Positions 60,956-64,000 of a stretch of 64,000 nucleotides of DNA are shown here, one piece after another (position 1 is the stretch's first letter; the number at the start of each line of letters is the position of its first letter). The position numbers were made by a program, and so were the translations under genes. The DNA is from Nitrosopumilus sp. (GTDB taxonomy: Archaea; Thermoproteota; Nitrososphaeria; Nitrososphaerales; Nitrosopumilaceae): contig CBDBGZ010000009.1 in the NCBI GenBank assembly GCA_965205425.1, positions 352,001-416,000 of the forward strand, in the 5' to 3' direction. The notes under the pieces are model-generated. The model was not told the origin of the DNA, made no database searches, and saw nothing but the letters and a program-made list of their open reading frames with translations.

Positions 60956-61225
60956 ATGGCTGATGATACTCAAAATAAAGAATCGATGAAAGAAGCAATT
61001 CAAACATTAGAACAAATTACTGCTAGTAGTTCCACTCCAAAAACAATTAAAAAATCAATTACAGACTTAATTTCGGATCTTAACAATCCAGAATATTCAT
61101 TATCAGTTAGAGCAGCTAATACAATCAGCTTACTAGATGATGTTACACAAGATCCTAACATGCCTTCATACGTTAGAACACAATTATGGCAAGCCGTTTC
61201 AAAATTAGAAAGCATAAGAGAATAA
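60956..61225 (+). CDS. UPF0147 family protein
   Basis: RAANTISLLDDVTQDPNMP..VRT.LW..VS.LE. Confidence 0.85.
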   Translation: MADDTQNKESMKEAIQTLEQITASSSTPKTIKKSITDLISDLNNPEYSLSVRAANTISLLDDVTQDPNMPSYVRTQLWQAVSKLESIRE

Positions 61226-61250
61226 ATTCTCGTTTATTGAAAAAATTATA

Positions 61251-62012
61251 ATGAAAATTGAAGAATATTTAGAAACTCTACCAAATAATTTACTTAGTGG
61301 TGAAGATGTTCAGTTACCTGAAAAATCACTTAGGGGGATTTTTAAATTTGTGGAGTTAGGTAAAAAAGATATTTTTTATCATTTAGGATGTGGAGATGAA
61401 AAAGGACTAGAAATAGCTGTAAAGGAATTTGGAGTAAAAAAAGCAATAGGAATTGACAATAATTCGGAAAAAATAAAGAATGCAAATAAAATTCTTGAAG
61501 AAAAAAATATCAAGGTAGAATTAATTTGCCAAGATATTCAAGAAGCAGATTTTTCAGATGCTTCAGTAATATTATTCTGGTTTACTGATGAAACAATAAT
61601 TAACAATATGATTACAAAATTTGAAAATCTAAAACCTGAAACAAAAATAGTTACCATATGGGGACCTCTCCCAGATTGTCTTCCAGATAAAGTAGATTTT
61701 CCATACATAACTAACAAAATTCCTTTCAAAAAAGCACAAAACATGCAAGAACAGTTGTTGGCAATTTTCGGTGTAAAATGTGTAGATTTTGTAACAGCGT
61801 GGGAATTTGCTGAGAGATATACAAAAGCCATTGGAACACCAGAAATCAAAAATGATCGATTTTTGACAATTATTCAAACTTTGACTATTTGGATTAATGC
61901 AAAAAAATTAGGGGTTGTGTGTGAAGATAAAATTCCAGAATCAATTAAAACATACATTAACATCATGAAAATGCATTTTGATATAGATTTTGAATATCTA
62001 TTAAAAGAATAA
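61251..62012 (+). CDS. SAM-dependent methyltransferase-like protein
   Basis: FYHLGCGD, AIGID, QDI motifs. Confidence 0.75.
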   Translation: MKIEEYLETLPNNLLSGEDVQLPEKSLRGIFKFVELGKKDIFYHLGCGDEKGLEIAVKEFGVKKAIGIDNNSEKIKNANKILEEKNIKVELICQDIQEADFSDASVILFWFTDETIINNMITKFENLKPETKIVTIWGPLPDCLPDKVDFPYITNKIPFKKAQNMQEQLLAIFGVKCVDFVTAWEFAERYTKAIGTPEIKNDRFLTIIQTLTIWINAKKLGVVCEDKIPESIKTYINIMKMHFDIDFEYLLKE

Positions 62013-62052
62013 TCTGTGTAATCCTTTTATTTTGTTTTTACGTGAATTAATT

Positions 62053-62400
62053 ATGGAAAGTAGAATTAACATCAATGTCTCTTCGGTAGATTATGATAAA
62101 ACTAGTAAAGCATTAACTCACCAATTGACGCTTTTAGAAGAAATGGTTCACAGTGGAGAGGATTTTGTTATGACTGATTCAGAATTTGCTTTTGGATGGC
62201 ATTTTTTTGTCTTAAGCGTGAATAGATCATTGGTTGAAAAATTACAAGAAATGATGGGAGCAGATTTTGATAAAATAAAGGGAAAAGGAGTTGAAAAGAA
62301 ATTTTTGACATGGTTATCTAAAAACATAGAGAGTAAATCCCCTAGATTCAAACTCGCAATCAAAGAAGAGATGGAGTCTAGTAAATTTGGAATTTTTTAA
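62053..62400 (+). CDS. Hypothetical protein
   Basis: 115-aa ORF, co-oriented with neighbours. Confidence 0.65.
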   Translation: MESRININVSSVDYDKTSKALTHQLTLLEEMVHSGEDFVMTDSEFAFGWHFFVLSVNRSLVEKLQEMMGADFDKIKGKGVEKKFLTWLSKNIESKSPRFKLAIKEEMESSKFGIF

Positions 62401-62410
62401 AATTATAGAG

Positions 62411-62483
62411 GGCCCTCGAGGGGAATCGAACTCCTGTCCGAGGATCCACAATCCTCTATACTAACCACTGTACTACGAGGGCC
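62411..62483 (-). tRNA. tRNA-His(GTG) with encoded G-1
   Basis: G-GCCCTCG/CGAGGGC-C acceptor; GAGGA-TTGTGGA-TCCTC anticodon arm; GTTCGATTC. Confidence 0.95.
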
Positions 62484-62577
62484 ACAAAAAAAGAAATTTG
62501 TTCATCCTGTAATAATCTTTAAGATTTTGTTGGAAATTGGGCTGTAGATTTATTATTGACTAAATAAAATAACTAGT

Positions 62578-62658
62578 ATGCGTCTTTGGTGGGCTGCAAT
62601 GGGAGCAACAATAGCAGTGGTATGGGTTGGAGTTAACTATCTTCTACCATGGGTATGA
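62578..62658 (+). CDS. Trp-rich single-TM microprotein (26 aa)
   Basis: MRLWWAAMGATIAVVWVGVNYLLPWV*; AT-rich promoter-like sequence upstream. Confidence 0.5.
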   Translation: MRLWWAAMGATIAVVWVGVNYLLPWV

Positions 62659-62762
62659 TGAATAATTTATTCAAAATAAACTAGCCTCAATATAACAATA
62701 AAATTAATTTAGATTTATCATAGCGATCGCTTTAAATTTGTTAGATTAGTGTATGTTTCGAC

Positions 62763-63785
62763 ATGAGAAAGGGATTCATCACAAATAGATTACGTTCGAA
62801 TAGAAAGTCAGTAGAAATCCCTATTGAAAATAAGATAGAAACTATACAAGGAGAGAAATTTGTATGGATTGATTTGCAAAATCCAGACAGAAATGATGTT
62901 GAGAAATTAGCTGAAAAATACAATTTCAACGCATTAAACATTGAAGATTGTATGACTAAATTTGAGCTTCCTAAATTAGATAGTTATAATGATCATTTCT
63001 TTGTAATTCTCCATTTTCCACCACTGGCACAAAAAATAGGAATTTCAAAAAATAGTCAATTATCAATATTTGTAGGAAAAGATTTCCTAGTTACCGTGCA
63101 TCAAGGAGATCTAAAACCCCTTGTAGAATTAGTAGAAATATGTAAAACTAATTCTGATCAACAAAGAAAAGATAGATTATTAGGAAAATCTTCAGGATTG
63201 TTACTTCACGAAATCTTAGACGTGTTAGTAGATGATCTTTTACATACATCAAGAAAAATCATTGCAAACCTTGATGAGATTGAAGATAGAGTTTTTGATG
63301 AAACAAAGCCAGTAGCAAGAAGCATTGCATTACTTAGAAGGGAAATTAACAGATTAAGAAGAATTGCAAATCCATTAAAGAAATTTGTCTTGGAAATAGC
63401 AAAAAATGTGAAGCAATTTTCAGGTAGTGAAGATAATGAACTTACATTATACTATGATGATGTAATTGACCATATTGACAAAGTAATTGAAACATTAGAA
63501 GAATCAAGAGAGACTATGGAAATTTACAAAGATACAGATTTTGTGTTAAGTACTGAAAAAACAAACAAAGTTCTTGCAGTGTTGACAATTATATTCACAT
63601 TAGCAATTCCATCAACAGTAATTGGCACATTTTATGGAATGAATGTTGATTTACCAGGAGGAATTGGAAGTAATTCAATGATTTTAGGACCATTTACTAC
63701 ATTCATTATTGTGATAATTGCATCAGCAATTCCAGCAATCATGATGTTTACATATTTCAAGAAATTGGGCTGGATCAATAGTTAA
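62763..63785 (+). CDS. corA: CorA-family Mg2+/Co2+ transporter
   Basis: YGMN signature and two C-terminal TM helices. Confidence 0.93.
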   Translation: MRKGFITNRLRSNRKSVEIPIENKIETIQGEKFVWIDLQNPDRNDVEKLAEKYNFNALNIEDCMTKFELPKLDSYNDHFFVILHFPPLAQKIGISKNSQLSIFVGKDFLVTVHQGDLKPLVELVEICKTNSDQQRKDRLLGKSSGLLLHEILDVLVDDLLHTSRKIIANLDEIEDRVFDETKPVARSIALLRREINRLRRIANPLKKFVLEIAKNVKQFSGSEDNELTLYYDDVIDHIDKVIETLEESRETMEIYKDTDFVLSTEKTNKVLAVLTIIFTLAIPSTVIGTFYGMNVDLPGGIGSNSMILGPFTTFIIVIIASAIPAIMMFTYFKKLGWINS

Positions 63786-63853
63786 AATAAAAGATTCAGA
63801 TCTACGCACGAAAAATGAGCTTAGATAAATACAAGACAATTTAATTATAATTT

Positions 63854-64000
63854 ATGGGGAAAATTAGAATTAGAACAGGTAGAGGTACAGGAACCATCGA
63901 AGTTGATGACGATCCTACAAAATGGTCTGGGGATGAATTTAAGAAAGTCCAAGAAGCAAGAAAAAAAGCATCTTCTAACAGAACGGTCTCATCAGGTAGA
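63854..64000 (+). CDS. Hypothetical protein, runs off window end
   Basis: ATG 63854 open to the end (MGKIRIRTGRGTGTIEVDDDPTKW...). Confidence 0.5.
   Translation, partial: MGKIRIRTGRGTGTIEVDDDPTKWSGDEFKKVQEARKKASSNRTVSSGR

Noticed and set aside
14554..62941. Numerous short antisense or alternate-frame ORFs in the ORF track
   Set aside because: They lie within well-supported genes and lack motifs; consistent with shadow ORFs.

Overview
AT-rich chromosomal window from an ammonia-oxidising archaeon (Nitrosopumilus-like Thaumarchaeota). The assignment rests on unsplit rpoA, PEFG-CTERM and CFI-box-CTERM surface proteins, and the archaeal mevalonate operon. Most of 11.9-64 kb is housekeeping: rps7-rps12-nusA-rpl30e, rpoH-B-A, larBCE with a cysteine desulfurase, a metal-homeostasis cluster, rps13-rps4, glmS, cobT, rpoN-eno-rps2-mvk-ipk-idi-GGPPS-gltX, and tRNAs Gln/Leu/His. 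The first 12 kb is accessory. (1) A 3,058-bp IS6-family cargo transposon (1406-4463) has perfect 67-bp terminal inverted repeats and an 8-bp target duplication. It carries a MunI-like restriction endonuclease, an MT-A70 adenine methyltransferase, an AbrB-like regulator with a phased ATAACCT repeat array, and a tRNA with a Ser-type long-variable-arm body but an Arg (CCU) anticodon. (2) A 144-nt intergenic element (5128-5271) is built from three covarying hairpins with the same internal loop and is a candidate ncRNA. (3) One membrane-protein gene is split by ISH3- and IS630-family elements and flanked by an IS1595-family element, whose near-identical twin lies at 45.7 kb. Several unannotated microproteins and a 3x19-bp operator-like array before the multicopper oxidase-ZIP genes were also found. 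All calls come from reading the sequence by eye and from recalled family motifs; no searches were run.
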